Source: Ignavibacteriota bacterium
Lineage (GTDB): Bacteria; Bacteroidota; Ignavibacteria; UBA10030; CAVZMI01
Reading direction: 5' to 3'
DNA: 64,000 nt
NCBI GenBank assembly: GCA_963776275.1
Contig: CAVZMI010000017.1
Location: 1-64,000 of the forward strand
Shown here: one piece after another, positions 1 through 11,156 of the stretch
Numbering within the stretch: position 1 is the stretch's first letter
Layout: each line of letters opens with the position of its first letter
Notes under the pieces: generated by a model
What the model saw: the letters and a program-made list of their open reading frames with translations, nothing else
Databases searched by the model: none
What the model was told of the DNA's origin: nothing
Program-made: the position numbers and the translations under genes

Positions 1-281
1 ATATAATCCCAAGGCATAGAGGAGGAAAAACTGCTTGGTCAAATGTTGTCACTTGTTGTTTCGAATGTAATTTGAAAAAAGGAGGAAAAACTTTACCTGA
101 AACTGATATGAGACTCTTGAAAAAACCTAAGGCTCCTTTCCGATACCCTCTGCAGAACTTGCATCTTGAAACACAAAACCATAAAAGTTGGTCTCGTTTT
201 CTCGATTTCAATAAATGGAATGTAGAGATAGGAGAAGACAACAATCAGTCTCTGGAACTTCAAAATATAAAAGAAAATTAA
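1..281 (+). CDS. HNH endonuclease (McrA-like), 5'-truncated by window edge
   Basis: Frame from nt 3 reads IIPRHRGGKTAWSNVVTCCFECNLKKG, the HNH motif (H)IIPxxxGG...N...CxxCN. Confidence 0.85.
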   Translation, partial: IIPRHRGGKTAWSNVVTCCFECNLKKGGKTLPETDMRLLKKPKAPFRYPLQNLHLETQNHKSWSRFLDFNKWNVEIGEDNNQSLELQNIKEN

Positions 282-282
282 A

Positions 283-459
283 ATGTGGGTAAAATGTCCT
301 CAATGTGGTAAAAAAATCCTTAAAGATGAAATTCATTGCTCTTCCTACTTTCCTTTCTGTAGCAGAAGATGCAAACTGGTTGATTTGGAAGGATGGTTAG
401 AAAATAGATATAAAATAACCATACCATTAAATGCTGAAAGGAGTGAAGATGATGATTGA
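283..459 (+). CDS. yacG: DNA gyrase inhibitor YacG (58 aa, below ORF-track cutoff)
   Basis: Manual translation MWVKCPQCGK...YFPFCSRRCKLVDLEGWLENRY; CxxC plus FPFCSxRCxxxDLxxW signature. Confidence 0.92.
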   Translation: MWVKCPQCGKKILKDEIHCSSYFPFCSRRCKLVDLEGWLENRYKITIPLNAERSEDDD

Positions 460-915
460 GATGAAAGTGGAAGGTATCGCACTGGATCCTAAGAGCAACA
501 TGCCTGTGGTAATTCTCAAAAGTAGAACAAACAGGAAAGCATTGCCAATCTGGATTGGAATTTTTGAAGCTAGTGCCATAGCTTTAAAACTAGATGGAGT
601 AGACTCCCCTCGTCCTCTTACTCATGATTTATTGAAGTCAGTAATTGAAAAACTAAATGCTAAAGTTTTCAAGATATATATAAGTGAATTGAAAAATAAT
701 ACCTTTTATGCTAAAATAATATTGAAAATTGCTCAGAAGAAATTGAATATAGATTGTAGACCATCTGATGCGATAGCTTTGCTTTAAGAACCAATTCCCC
801 GATATTTGTAGAAGAAGAAATAATCGGTAATATGAAGAAGGACAAAAACAGAGAAGATTTGAAATTTCTTCTTGAATCTTTGGAAAAAGAAGAGTTTGGA
901 AAATATAAAATGTAA
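449..915 (+). CDS. Bifunctional nuclease family protein (DUF151/BFN), indel near 785
   Basis: LPIWIGIFEA, RPLTHDL, DCRPSDAIAL; continues in another frame as RTNSPIFVEE...FGKYKM*. Confidence 0.9.
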
Positions 916-916
916 A

Positions 917-952
917 CCCTATTAAGAAGTCCCTGAAAGGGCTTTTAATGGG
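917..952 (+). terminator. Intergenic hairpin, possible terminator
   Basis: CCCTATTAAGAAGTCCC-TGAAA-GGGCTTTTAATGGG imperfect inverted repeat just after the BFN stop. Confidence 0.5.
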
Positions 953-972
953 ATTAAGAAAAGGATGAAAAA

Positions 973-1768
973 ATGGACAAGATTACAAAAATTCTTGTAA
1001 TTCTAATTTTTGTTGCTTCATTAGGATTTCTGACTTTTTGCTGCTAAAACTATCAAGACAATTGAAACACAAAAGGAACTCATCAATTCTCTGCAAGAGA
1101 ATATTTCCTCCCTACAAGATACAATTAATTCTTTAGAGGAAACTATTAATACGGCAAGAAGTGAAATTAGTTCCTTAAGAACAGAAAGGGATCAACTTGA
1201 AAAAGAATTGGCTCGTGCAATAGAAGAAAAAGAGAAAGCAAAAAGGGAATTAGCTGAGATAAAGAGAGAAGATGAAAAATTACGCACTGAACTAACTAAC
1301 GAAAAAGCCAAAGTTGCATCATTGACGGCAGAAAACAACCGTTTAATCGAACAGACGGCTTCCTCAACTCAAACAAGAATAAATTTGGAGCAGAAACTTG
1401 AAGAAACCGAGAATAAACTCTCAATAGCAGAAGATAAACTTGCTAAACTTGAATCCGTGGGAATACTCGTGGAGAGAGAAGCAATAAATCCACCAGGAGA
1501 AGGTAGAACACCTCAAATTGTAAAAGCAATTGAGGGAAAAATTGTTGATGTTAAACCGAACGGGGTTGTCGCTATTAACTTCAAAGGTAGCATTAATCCA
1601 CAAAAGGGAACTACTTTCTACATAATTGATTCAGACCAAGTAAAAGCAAGATTAGCCCTTGAAGAAATTTACAATACTATAATGATTGCTCATATGGAAA
1701 TTGAAAAGGGAAATTATAATATTAAGAACGGTGATAATGTGAGATTAATCCTTTGGACTGAAGAATAG
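973..1768 (+). CDS. Membrane-anchored coiled-coil protein with C-terminal beta domain (indel near 1045-1070)
   Basis: N-terminal hydrophobic ILVILIFVASLGFL, then a long E/K-rich heptad segment, then ORF 1208-1768. Confidence 0.65.
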
Positions 1769-1779
1769 GAGGAGGAAAA

Positions 1780-2387
1780 ATGGGACCGGAAGAACTTTTA
1801 ACTGAAGAAGAAGTCTTGAAAATGCTTAAAATTAACAAAGCCCAATTAGAAAATTATGTTCGAGAAGGCAAATTAAGTCCTTTATATCAAGAAAGTGTAA
1901 GAAAATTTAAACGAAGTGACCTTTCTGAAATCACCAAAGAGACCACCTATTGAGCCACCTGTAGAAATTCCCCTTATTGGAACCGCAGGATCATCAATTA
2001 CCAAAACACAGAAAGAGGAAGGTTCAACCCGAATAATCGAACCACCCAAAGAGAACATAGAAATAGGAATAAATAAAACGGGAACAAAAGGTATACATTT
2101 GAAGAAAGAAACAGAAAAATTCTTAAAACCGCTTGAGAGAGTTATACCAACTACTCAAAGAGAACTGGATTCTCATTTCGTTAAGTGCTGCATTTGTAAT
2201 TGCTGCCTTTTCAATATTCATGCTTACTTTCAACTTGAAAGGTAAAGAGATACCACCAATCAACAAAATCTTGGGCACTTTGGGTTCTATTCCCATCATA
2301 GGGAAAGAAGAAAGTAATGCGATTGAAAGCCAAGCAAATCTACTATCCAATCTGCTCAACAAACTAAGAAAAGCGCAGAAAATTTAA
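1780..2387 (+). CDS. HTH (MerR/excisionase-like) protein with C-terminal transmembrane helix, frameshifted
   Basis: Strong SD GGAGGAGG; MGPEELLTEEEVLKMLKINKAQLENYVREGKL...KFKRSDL; downstream frames give a Pro-rich linker and WILISLSAAFVIAAFSIFML. Confidence 0.6.
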
Positions 2388-2477
2388 TAAAAGAAACGGA
2401 AGAATTTATAAAAGAATAAACTCCCGTTTAGAAATATAGATTGTTTTTTAACATTTCTAATGTTATTGAAAGAATTC

Positions 2478-3157
2478 TTGAAAGGGACAAGAGTTGTTCT
2501 TACTAAAAGCTGTATCAGCATATGTTGTTTTGTTGGGGTCGGTAGTTTTTCATGAGTATCTCTCATGCATGGATGGCCCAAAAATTAGGAGACAATAGCC
2601 CCTCTCTTCTCGCCAGACTACCTTAGACCCAAGACCTCATATTGATATTCTTGGTACTGTAATACTTCCTCTTATCATGTTGATTTATGGGTTATATCTG
2701 GAAATCCCTTCCTGATAGGATGGGCGAAACCTGTTCCTATTAATCCCTACAACCTTAAGAACCCTAAAAAGGATATGATATTGATTGGAGCTTTGGGACC
2801 TCTAACCAATTTTATACTTGCATTTTGCTTCACTGTTTTGCTTAAAACAGGAATTTTCCCCTCCGGTTCTTTAGCAGAAGCTTTCATTGCATTTGCAATA
2901 TTCTTAAACTTGATACTGGGAGTATTTAATCTTATTCCTTTGCCACCTTTAGATGGTTCTCATATATTACTTGGGTTTTTACCTCCCGAAGCGGAAATAA
3001 AATACTATGAGAATTCAACCATTTGCATTATTTATTCTAATTTTTATGCTTATAACAGGTATATTGGGTTTTATCATATCTCCTATTTTTTACTTATGGA
3101 CATATCTTTTTAAACTAGATTTTATAACCCCTGCACTTACATTTACTCAGAGGATAA
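2478..3157 (+). CDS. Site-2 protease family (M50) protein, frameshifted; ends approximate
   Basis: HEYxH-like (CATGAGTATCTCATGCA), GWAKPVPINP, GPLTN, FNLIPLPPLDGSH. Confidence 0.88.
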
Positions 3158-3158
3158 G

Positions 3159-3873
3159 ATGGAATACAGTGTACAATTAGAATCTTTTGTAGGACCTCTT
3201 GACCTCCTACTTCACTTAGTCAGAAAGAATGAACTGGATATTTTCGATATACCCATTGCACAGATTACAGATGATTACTTGAAATACATAGAACTTATTA
3301 AAGAACTAAATTTGGAGGTCGCGGGGGAATTCTTGGTGTATGCAGCAACTCTTATGTATCTTAAATCAAGGAGTCTTCTCCCGGCAGACCAGAAAACTGA
3401 AGAAGAAATATTAGACGAAGAAGAACAACTTCAAGAACTGAAAGAAAAATTAGCTGAATATGAAAAATTCAAACAGTTAGCTTTGCAACTTGAAGAGCGA
3501 CAAAAAGAGGAAAAACAACTATTTGCAAGAGAACCATTATCCTATATCAGGGGAAGAAACCCAAATAGATGCAACTTTGTTTGACCTAATAGATGCTTTT
3601 GCTCTCATATTAAAAGAAGCAGACGAAAGAGGAGATTCTTGAGATTATAGAAGACGAAGTAACAGTAAATGAAAAAATTACATTAATTATAGATATTTTA
3701 AAGAAGACAAAAAAAATAATATTTTCTTCCCTATTTCACAAAGCTAAAACGCAAACAAGAGATGGTAGTAACATTTATGGCTCTTTTAGAACTGATAAGA
3801 CTACAAGAAATAAGAGTAAAACAGAGTTCCATTTTGGTGAAATCTGGCTACATTTAAAGATCGGTCTAAATAA
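3159..3873 (+). CDS. scpA: Segregation and condensation protein A, frameshifted
   Basis: FVGPLDLLLHLVRKNELDIFDIPI, YLKSRSLLP; C-terminal VVTFMALLELIR in another frame. Confidence 0.95.
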
Positions 3874-3903
3874 TAAATTATAAATCATAGGATATTTACT
3901 TTT

Positions 3904-4445
3904 ATGGATAATCCAAAATTAAAAACTTTATAGAAGTTTTAATCTTCTGTTCCTCTTCTCCCTTAAAATTAGAGAGAATAAAAGAAATAGTGAAAGTTAA
4001 CCGAAACGAAATCGTGCAAGTTATAGAGGAATTAAACCGGGATTACAAGAAATCAGAAAGGAGTTTTCATATAAGAAAAATAGCAGGCGGATATCAATTC
4101 TATGCTCTTACCGAATTTTCATCGTATTTGAAAGAACTCTCAAAAACAAAACCCATAGTTCTTTCATCCCCTGCTCTTGAGACATTAGCTATGATAGCTT
4201 ATCGTCAACCTATAACCAGACCGGAGATTGAAAATATAAGAGGTGTAGATTCAAAAGGTGTTCTCAAGAATTTATTAGAAAAAAACCTGATAAAAGTTGT
4301 GGGGAGAAAGGATGTTGTCGGTAAACCGACTCTATATGGAACAACTGCATTCTTCTTGAAACATTTTGGGTTGAATTCTATCTCAGAGTTACCTAAAATA
4401 GAGGAGTTGTCTGCTAATACTTTAAACTTAAAAACAGAAAAATAG
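3904..4445 (+). CDS. scpB: SMC-Scp complex subunit ScpB (indel near 5' end)
   Basis: LSSPALETLAMIAYRQPITRPEIENIRGV, GKPTLYGTT..FL..FGL. Confidence 0.96.
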
Positions 4446-4454
4446 GAAAATAAA

Positions 4455-5513
4455 ATGGATATAGAGAAATTACGTAGGGAAATTAACAAGATAGATGATG
4501 AGATTCTAAAACTGTTAAACAAAAGAGCTATAACAGCTATAGAAATCGGGAAAACTAAGAAGAAAATAGGAATTTTGCCATATCGGCCTGCCAGAGAAAG
4601 GGACATCATTAATTCACTACTAAAGAAAAATAAGGGCCCATTGAATCCGGAAGATATTAAGAACATATATCGGGAAATTATGTCTGTTTCGGTAAACTTA
4701 CAAAAAAAACTGGCTATTGCTTATCTCGGTCCGGAAGCCACCTATACACACGAAGCAGCCACCAAGAAATTTGGTGCATCTGCTGAATATAAACCCTTAT
4801 CAAACATAAAAGAAATTTTTTCCGCAGTAGAAAAAGGAATTGCTGATTTTGGGGTCGTACCTGTAGAAAATTCCACTGAAGGAGTAGAAACACACACTCT
4901 GGATATGTTCATAGAGTCGGACTTGAAGATATGCGACGAGATTCTCTTACCTATTTCACATTGTCTTCTTTCCAAGTCAAAAAAGAAAAAAATAAATAAA
5001 GTATATTCTCATCCGCAGGCATTGGCTCAATGTAGAATATGGCTACAAAAAAATCTGCCGGGAGTACCACTGGCAGAAGTATATTCTACAGCCCAGGCAG
5101 CCAAATTAGCCTTAAAAGAAAAATTCTCAGCAGCAATTGCCTCGGAACTTGCATCTCGACTATACAATTTACCCATTGTAGGAAAAAACATTGAAGACCT
5201 TTCAGTGAACGTGACCAGATTTTTAGTAATAGGCAAAGAATCCAGTCAACCGACAGGAAACGACAAGGTTTCTCTGATGTTTTCCCTGAAAGATAAAGTC
5301 GGTGCCCTTCATTCCAGTTTAAAACCTTTCTACAAACATAAAATAAACTTAACTAAGATTGAATCCCGTCCCTCTAAAAGGAAAATCTGGGAATATTATT
5401 TCTTTGTAGACTTAGAAGGTCACTGCGAGGAGAAAAGAGTAAAACAAGCAATTGAAGAATTAAAGCCTCTGTGTACATTCTTGAAAGTACTCGGCTCTTA
5501 TCCTAAGGGATAA
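4455..5513 (+). CDS. pheA: Chorismate mutase/prephenate dehydratase (P-protein)
   Basis: CM domain LRREINKID..., YLGPEATY, PVENSTEG, SHPQALAQC, TRFLVIG, ACT NLTKIESRP. Confidence 0.97.
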   Translation: MDIEKLRREINKIDDEILKLLNKRAITAIEIGKTKKKIGILPYRPARERDIINSLLKKNKGPLNPEDIKNIYREIMSVSVNLQKKLAIAYLGPEATYTHEAATKKFGASAEYKPLSNIKEIFSAVEKGIADFGVVPVENSTEGVETHTLDMFIESDLKICDEILLPISHCLLSKSKKKKINKVYSHPQALAQCRIWLQKNLPGVPLAEVYSTAQAAKLALKEKFSAAIASELASRLYNLPIVGKNIEDLSVNVTRFLVIGKESSQPTGNDKVSLMFSLKDKVGALHSSLKPFYKHKINLTKIESRPSKRKIWEYYFFVDLEGHCEEKRVKQAIEELKPLCTFLKVLGSYPKG

Positions 5514-5555
5514 CTTTAAAAATTCAAAATTTAAAAATAAAAACGCAAATTGAGC

Positions 5556-6840
5556 ATGAATGAGTCTTTTGTTGTAAGTGAATCCAGATTATCCGGTAAA
5601 GTAGAAATTCCCCCGTCTAAATCACATACTATCCGTGCAGTTGCTATTGGGAGTCTGGCAAAAGGGAAAAGTGAGATTTCATCTCCTTTGGTCTCAGAAG
5701 ATACACTTGCAGCTGTAGAAGTATATAAAGCACTGGGCGCAAAAATTAAAATTAAAAAGGGGTTATGGATTATTGAAGGATTTAACGGAAAACCTATTCC
5801 CCCTAAAAATGTACTCGATGTAAAAAATTCCGGTACAACTTTGAATGTTGTTATGGGGTCTTGTGCTCTTCTTGAAAAAGGAGAAGCTCAGCTTACAGGA
5901 GATGAACAGATTAAAAAACGCCCCTCTGGTCCTCTTGTAAAATCACTTAACGACCTCGGTGCATCCGTTTCATCTAAACACAGTAATGGATTGCCTCCCT
6001 TTCATTATAAAAGGAAGACTTAAAGGAGGAGAAACAACACTTGAGGCTTATTCGAGTCAATATTTAACGAGTCTATTAATAAATACTCCTTTAGCTGATG
6101 GAGTAAGTTTAATCAATGTTCCTTTACTAAATGAAAAATCTTATGCCGAGATTACTTTAGAATGGCTGAAATACCAGAAGGATTAAACTTGAAAGAGAAG
6201 ATATGAAAAAATTCTATATTCCAGGAAATCAATCCTATAAAGCTTTCTTAAGAAAAATACCTTCGGATTTCTCCTCAGCAACATTCTTCTTAGCAGCAGG
6301 TGCTCTGAAAGACAATGATATAACTTGCTGTGGGCTGGATTTCAATGACCCCCAAGGAGATAAAGCTGTAGTTGATTATCTTAAGAGAATGGGTGCAAAA
6401 GTAGATATAGAGAAAGATTCTGTCCGTATAAGAGCAGGTTCTTTAAAAGGAATAGATATAGACATGAACGATACACCGGACGCACTACCTATGATGGCTG
6501 TAGTCGGGATGTTTTGCTAAAGGTAAAACAAGACTTCTTAATGTACCCCAAGCTCGCATAAAAGAGACAGACCGTATTAAAACAATGTACCAAGAACTGA
6601 CTAAAATGGGTGCGAAAATTCATGAACTTGAAGACGGTTTGGAAATTGAGGAGAGTAAACTTAAACCAGCAAGAGTCAACGGTCACTGCTGACCACCGTA
6701 TAGTAATGGCACTGGCTATAGCTGGTCTTATGACTGAAGGTGAGACTATTATTGATACTGCAGAAGCAGTAGCTATAACTTTCCCTAATTTTGTAAATTG
6801 CGTCCAGGAAATCGGTGGAGATATTCACATAGTAGGATAG
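5556..6840 (+). CDS. aroA: EPSP synthase, split by several indels
   Basis: PPSKSH, NSGTT, SSQY, SDFSSA, KETDR (nt ~6560), DHRIVMA, FPNF. Confidence 0.95.
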
Positions 6841-6917
6841 TCAAGGATATATTTCATGAAAGGTAAGACAAAAGGACAAGCAGTAAAAATTTATAGCTTA
6901 CTTATCTCCAACGGGGA

Positions 6918-6946
6918 TTGACTATATTATCCTTTTGTTATAAAGT
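6918..6946 (+). promoter_or_regulatory. sigma70-like promoter upstream of pckG leader
   Basis: TTGACT-N17-TAAAGT. Confidence 0.5.
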
Positions 6947-6984
6947 ATAAAGAACTGAAATATAACTGGCAGACTAAGGCAAGA

Positions 6985-7072
6985 ATTCTAACAAAAGAGT
7001 TGTTGGAGAGTAAGCCAACATAAAATCTTTTGGTTCTCGTTAGGAGAGCGCGAGATATTGTTGGCTTTTTTT
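6985..7072 (+). promoter_or_regulatory. Leader with mutually exclusive terminator/antiterminator hairpins
   Basis: CCAACA (7015-20) can pair with TGTTGG at 7001-06 or at 7059-64; the latter is followed by a T-run. Confidence 0.55.
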
Positions 7073-7105
7073 GTTCGCTATCATCCGTGGGAAGAAGGAA
7101 TAATC

Positions 7106-8945
7106 ATGAAATCAAAAAGTTACTTGGAAATATTACAATCTAAATTAGACAAACACAACTATACTAAACTATGCGCTATAGCCAACTCTAAAGTTCACCA
7201 GTTTATCGTTGAATCTGCAGAGTTGTGTAATCCGCAGAAGATATTTATCTGTAGTGATTCTACTGAAGATATTGCATATATACGCGAGCAAGCGATCTCA
7301 ACCGGAGAAGAAAAACCATTAGCAATTTCAGGACATACTTGTCATTTTGACGGTATAGATGACCAAGGTCGGGACAGAGAGGTCACCAAATATCTCGTAC
7401 CCAAGAACGCATCCTTAAGTAAAGCCCTTAACCAAATTAAGAGGGAGAAAGGTTTGGCAGAGGTGAAGAACTTACTCAAAAATGCTATGCAGAATCGTAC
7501 GATGATTGTCCGTTTACTTTCGCTAGGACCGACTAACTCCATATTCAGCATTTTGTGTCTGCAGTGTACGGATTCTTGGTATGTAGCTCATAGCGAAGAC
7601 CTTCTTTATCGTCCGGCTTATGAGATGTTTCGGAAAGAAAAAACACAGACTGGCTTTCTTTAGTATCTTACATTCAGCAGGAAAGATGAATGAAGAGATG
7701 GTGAGTATAGAAACTGAAAAAAAACGTATCTATATTGACTATACCCAAGACACTATTTATAGCGTCAATACTCAATATGCCGGTAATACGATTGGTTTAA
7801 AGAAACTCGCACTTCGTCTTACTATCCGCAAAGCAGATAAAGAGGGATGGCTTGCAGAGCATATGTTGCTAATGGGGGTACATGGCTCGAATGGACGCAA
7901 AACTTACTTAGCAGGTGCCTTCCCCAGCGCTTGCGGCAAAACCTCTACCGCAATGCTTCCCGGCGAGACAATCTTGGGTGATGATATTGCTTACTTACGT
8001 AATATTAATGGCAAAATCCGAGCAGTGAATGCTGAAGCCGGTATTTTTGGTATTATCCAAAATGTCAACCCTACTAATGACCCTGTTATATATAAAGTGC
8101 TTACTACGCCGGGTGAGGTTATCTTCTCCAACACACTAGTAAAAGACAGCAAACCCTATTGGCTGGGGATGGGTTGCGAACTTCCTAAAGAGGGAGTAAA
8201 TTTCTCGGGGACATGGCATAAAGGCAAGACTGATAGCGAAAACAATAAAATCCCTCCTGCTCACAAAAATGCCCGTTACACTGTTGCTCTAAAGGCACTG
8301 GAGAATGTTGACTGCGAACTGGATAACACTCAGGGTGTGGAATTGGCTGGCATAATGTATGGCGGAAGAGATGCCAAAAGTTATGTGCCGGTGCAGCAGA
8401 GTTTTAATTGGCAACACGGTATTATAGCTTACGGAGCATCACTTGAGACTGAAACAACTTTTGCTGTTATCGGTAAAGAAGGCATACCGGAAATAAACTT
8501 GATGAGTATTCAAGATTTTGTTTCCATTCCTTTGGGTAAGTATATTCTCAACAACTTAGAATTTGGCAAGAAACTTAAAAAACCACCTTTTATTTTCGGC
8601 GTCAACTATTTCCTTCGGGATAAAGAAGGTAAATTCTTAAACGGTGCGCGGGACAAACATGTATGGGTAAAGTGGATGGAGTTACGTATACATAATGATG
8701 TTGATGCAATAAAATGTCCTACCGGCTGGATTCCCAAATATGAGGACCTGCATATGCTTTTTAATCAGGTTCTGGGCAAGGATTATACAAAAGAGGATTA
8801 CATCAAGCAATTCACTGTTCGCGTTCCTGAGAACTTAGCTAAACTTGAGCGGGTGGAGAAATTCCACCGCCAAAACGTCGCTGATGCACCACAGATACTC
8901 TTTGAAGTACTCACCCAGCAACGTGAACGCTTGCTTAAAGCTTAA
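7106..8945 (+). CDS. pckG: Phosphoenolpyruvate carboxykinase (GTP), one indel near 7640
   Basis: QYAGNTIGLKKLALR, WLAEHM, AFPSACGKT, GDDIAY, HKNARYT, VNYFLRD. Confidence 0.96.
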
Positions 8946-8997
8946 AAGCAATTTGGTGAGTATATTTCCCCTGAGAGTTTGAGGTGAGGTGTTCAAA

Positions 8998-9888
8998 ATG
9001 AGTGATGAGATACTACGTTTAACACATTTTCCCGATATCAAATTTTTTAAAAGGGGTAAAGTAAGAGATGTTTATGACTTAAGAGATAAACTTTTAATAA
9101 TTTCCACCGATAGAATATCCTGTTTTGATGTAGTTTTACCCACATGCATTCCGAATAAAGGGAGAGTTTTGACCCAACTTTCTTTATTCTGGTTTGATTT
9201 TACTGAAGATATAATTCCTAATCATTTTATTACTGCTGAGGTTAGTGATTTCCCAGACGAGTTGCAAAAGTATAAAAAAATATTACATGCTCGTTCAATG
9301 TTGGTTAAAAAAGCAAATTCTATACCTGTAGAGTGTGTGGTAAGGGGTTATCTTTCCGGTTCCGGCTGGAAAGAATATCAAAAGACACGTTCTATTTGCG
9401 GTATAAAATTACCGGAAGGGCTACGAGAATCAGACAAGCTGCCTGAGCCTGTCTTTACTCCGTCAACAAAGGAAAAAGTTGGACACGATGTAAATGTAAC
9501 GCAGGAACATATTGAGAAAGAAATCGGCAAAGATACTGCGACAAAACTAAAGGATATAAGCATCGCCTTATACAAAAAGGCTGCCCGATATGCGGAATCA
9601 AAAGGCATAATTATTGCTGATACAAAATTTGAATTCGGTATTTATAATAACGAAGTTATCCTTATTGATGAGATCCTTACGCCGGATTCGTCTCGTTTTT
9701 GGTCGAAAGATGAATATAAGCCGGGGCGTTCACAGCCAAGTTTTGATAAGCAGTTTGTGCGCGATTACCTTGAAACACTGGATTGGGATAAAACACCCCC
9801 TGCCCCGGAATTACCTAAAGAAATAGTCAATAAAACAGCCGAAAAATATCTCCAGGCTCTTAAGATAATTACAAGAAAGGAACTCTAG
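8998..9888 (+). CDS. purC: SAICAR synthetase
   Basis: [55 protein letters not shown]. Confidence 0.98.
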   Translation: MSDEILRLTHFPDIKFFKRGKVRDVYDLRDKLLIISTDRISCFDVVLPTCIPNKGRVLTQLSLFWFDFTEDIIPNHFITAEVSDFPDELQKYKKILHARSMLVKKANSIPVECVVRGYLSGSGWKEYQKTRSICGIKLPEGLRESDKLPEPVFTPSTKEKVGHDVNVTQEHIEKEIGKDTATKLKDISIALYKKAARYAESKGIIIADTKFEFGIYNNEVILIDEILTPDSSRFWSKDEYKPGRSQPSFDKQFVRDYLETLDWDKTPPAPELPKEIVNKTAEKYLQALKIITRKEL

Positions 9889-9928
9889 GAGGAAAAGAGA
9901 CACCCAATTATTGGAGGAGGTATAAATT

Positions 9929-11113
9929 ATGTCTATATCAAAACGAGTAAGTTTAATTAGCCCCTCACCAACATTAGCAATAACAGCAAAAGCAAAAAAG
10001 ATGCAAGCTGAAGGCATTAATGTAATTGGTTTTGGTGCAGGTGAACCGGATTTTGATACACCTGTTAATATCAAAGAAGCCGCCAAGAAAGCAATTGACA
10101 AAGGATTTACCAAATATACTCCTACTTCCGGCATAAAAGAATTAAAAGATGCTATCTGCAAGAAATTTAAAAACGACAATAATCTTGACTATTCACCGGA
10201 GGAAATTCTTGTTTCTTGCGGGGCAAAACATTCTATTTTTAATGTTATCCTTGCACTGTGCAATGAAGGACGATGAAGTTATTGTACCTTCTCCCTATTG
10301 GGTAAGTTATCCGGAAATGGTTAAAGTAGCCGGTGCAAAATCTGTATTTCGTAAAAACGACACAGGACTCTGATTTTAAAATTAGCCCACAGCAATTACA
10401 AAAAGCAATTACATCAAAAACAAAACTTTTAATTTTGAATTCTCCTTCCAATCCCACAGGTATGGTTTATACAAAAGAGGAACTGCTAAGTTTAAGTGAA
10501 ATCTTAATAGAGAAAAACGTTTTTTGTATATCTGATGAAATATACGAAAAAATTATCTATGACGGTGTAAAACATATAAGTATTGCCTCTTTAGGAGTCT
10601 GAAATAAAAAAACAGACAATTGTCATAAATGGTGTCTCTAAATCTTATTCTATGACCGGCTGGCGAATAGGATATGCTGCAGGACCAAAAGAAATCATTC
10701 AGGCAATGTCAAATTTGCAAGACCATTCAACTTCCAACCCAACATCCATTTCTCAACTTGCCAGTGTAGAAGCATTACAAGGACAGCAAGAAGACTTAAA
10801 GCGAATGGTTGAAGAATTTAAAAAGAGACGTGATTATATAGTGGAAAGGATAAATTCTATAAAAGGTCTTTCTACAATTAAACCCCAAGGTGCATTTTAT
10901 TGTTTTGTGAATATATCTGAAATTCTTGGAGGGAAAATCAGCAATTCAATGGAATTAACAGATTTACTTTTAACTGAAGCCAAAGTAGCTGTCGTCCCAG
11001 GTTGCGTTTTCGGAGACGATAACTTTATACGATTATCTTATGCAACTTCTATGGAAAATATTGTAGAAGGATTAAATAGGATAGAAAAGTTCATAAACAA
11101 AATAAAGAGTTGA
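9929..11113 (+). CDS. aspC: Class I/II PLP aminotransferase (aspartate aminotransferase), frameshifted
   Basis: [40 protein letters not shown]. Confidence 0.95.
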
Positions 11114-11156
11114 ATTGAAATTCAGAACAATATAATATTGTAAAAAAGGGGGAATT

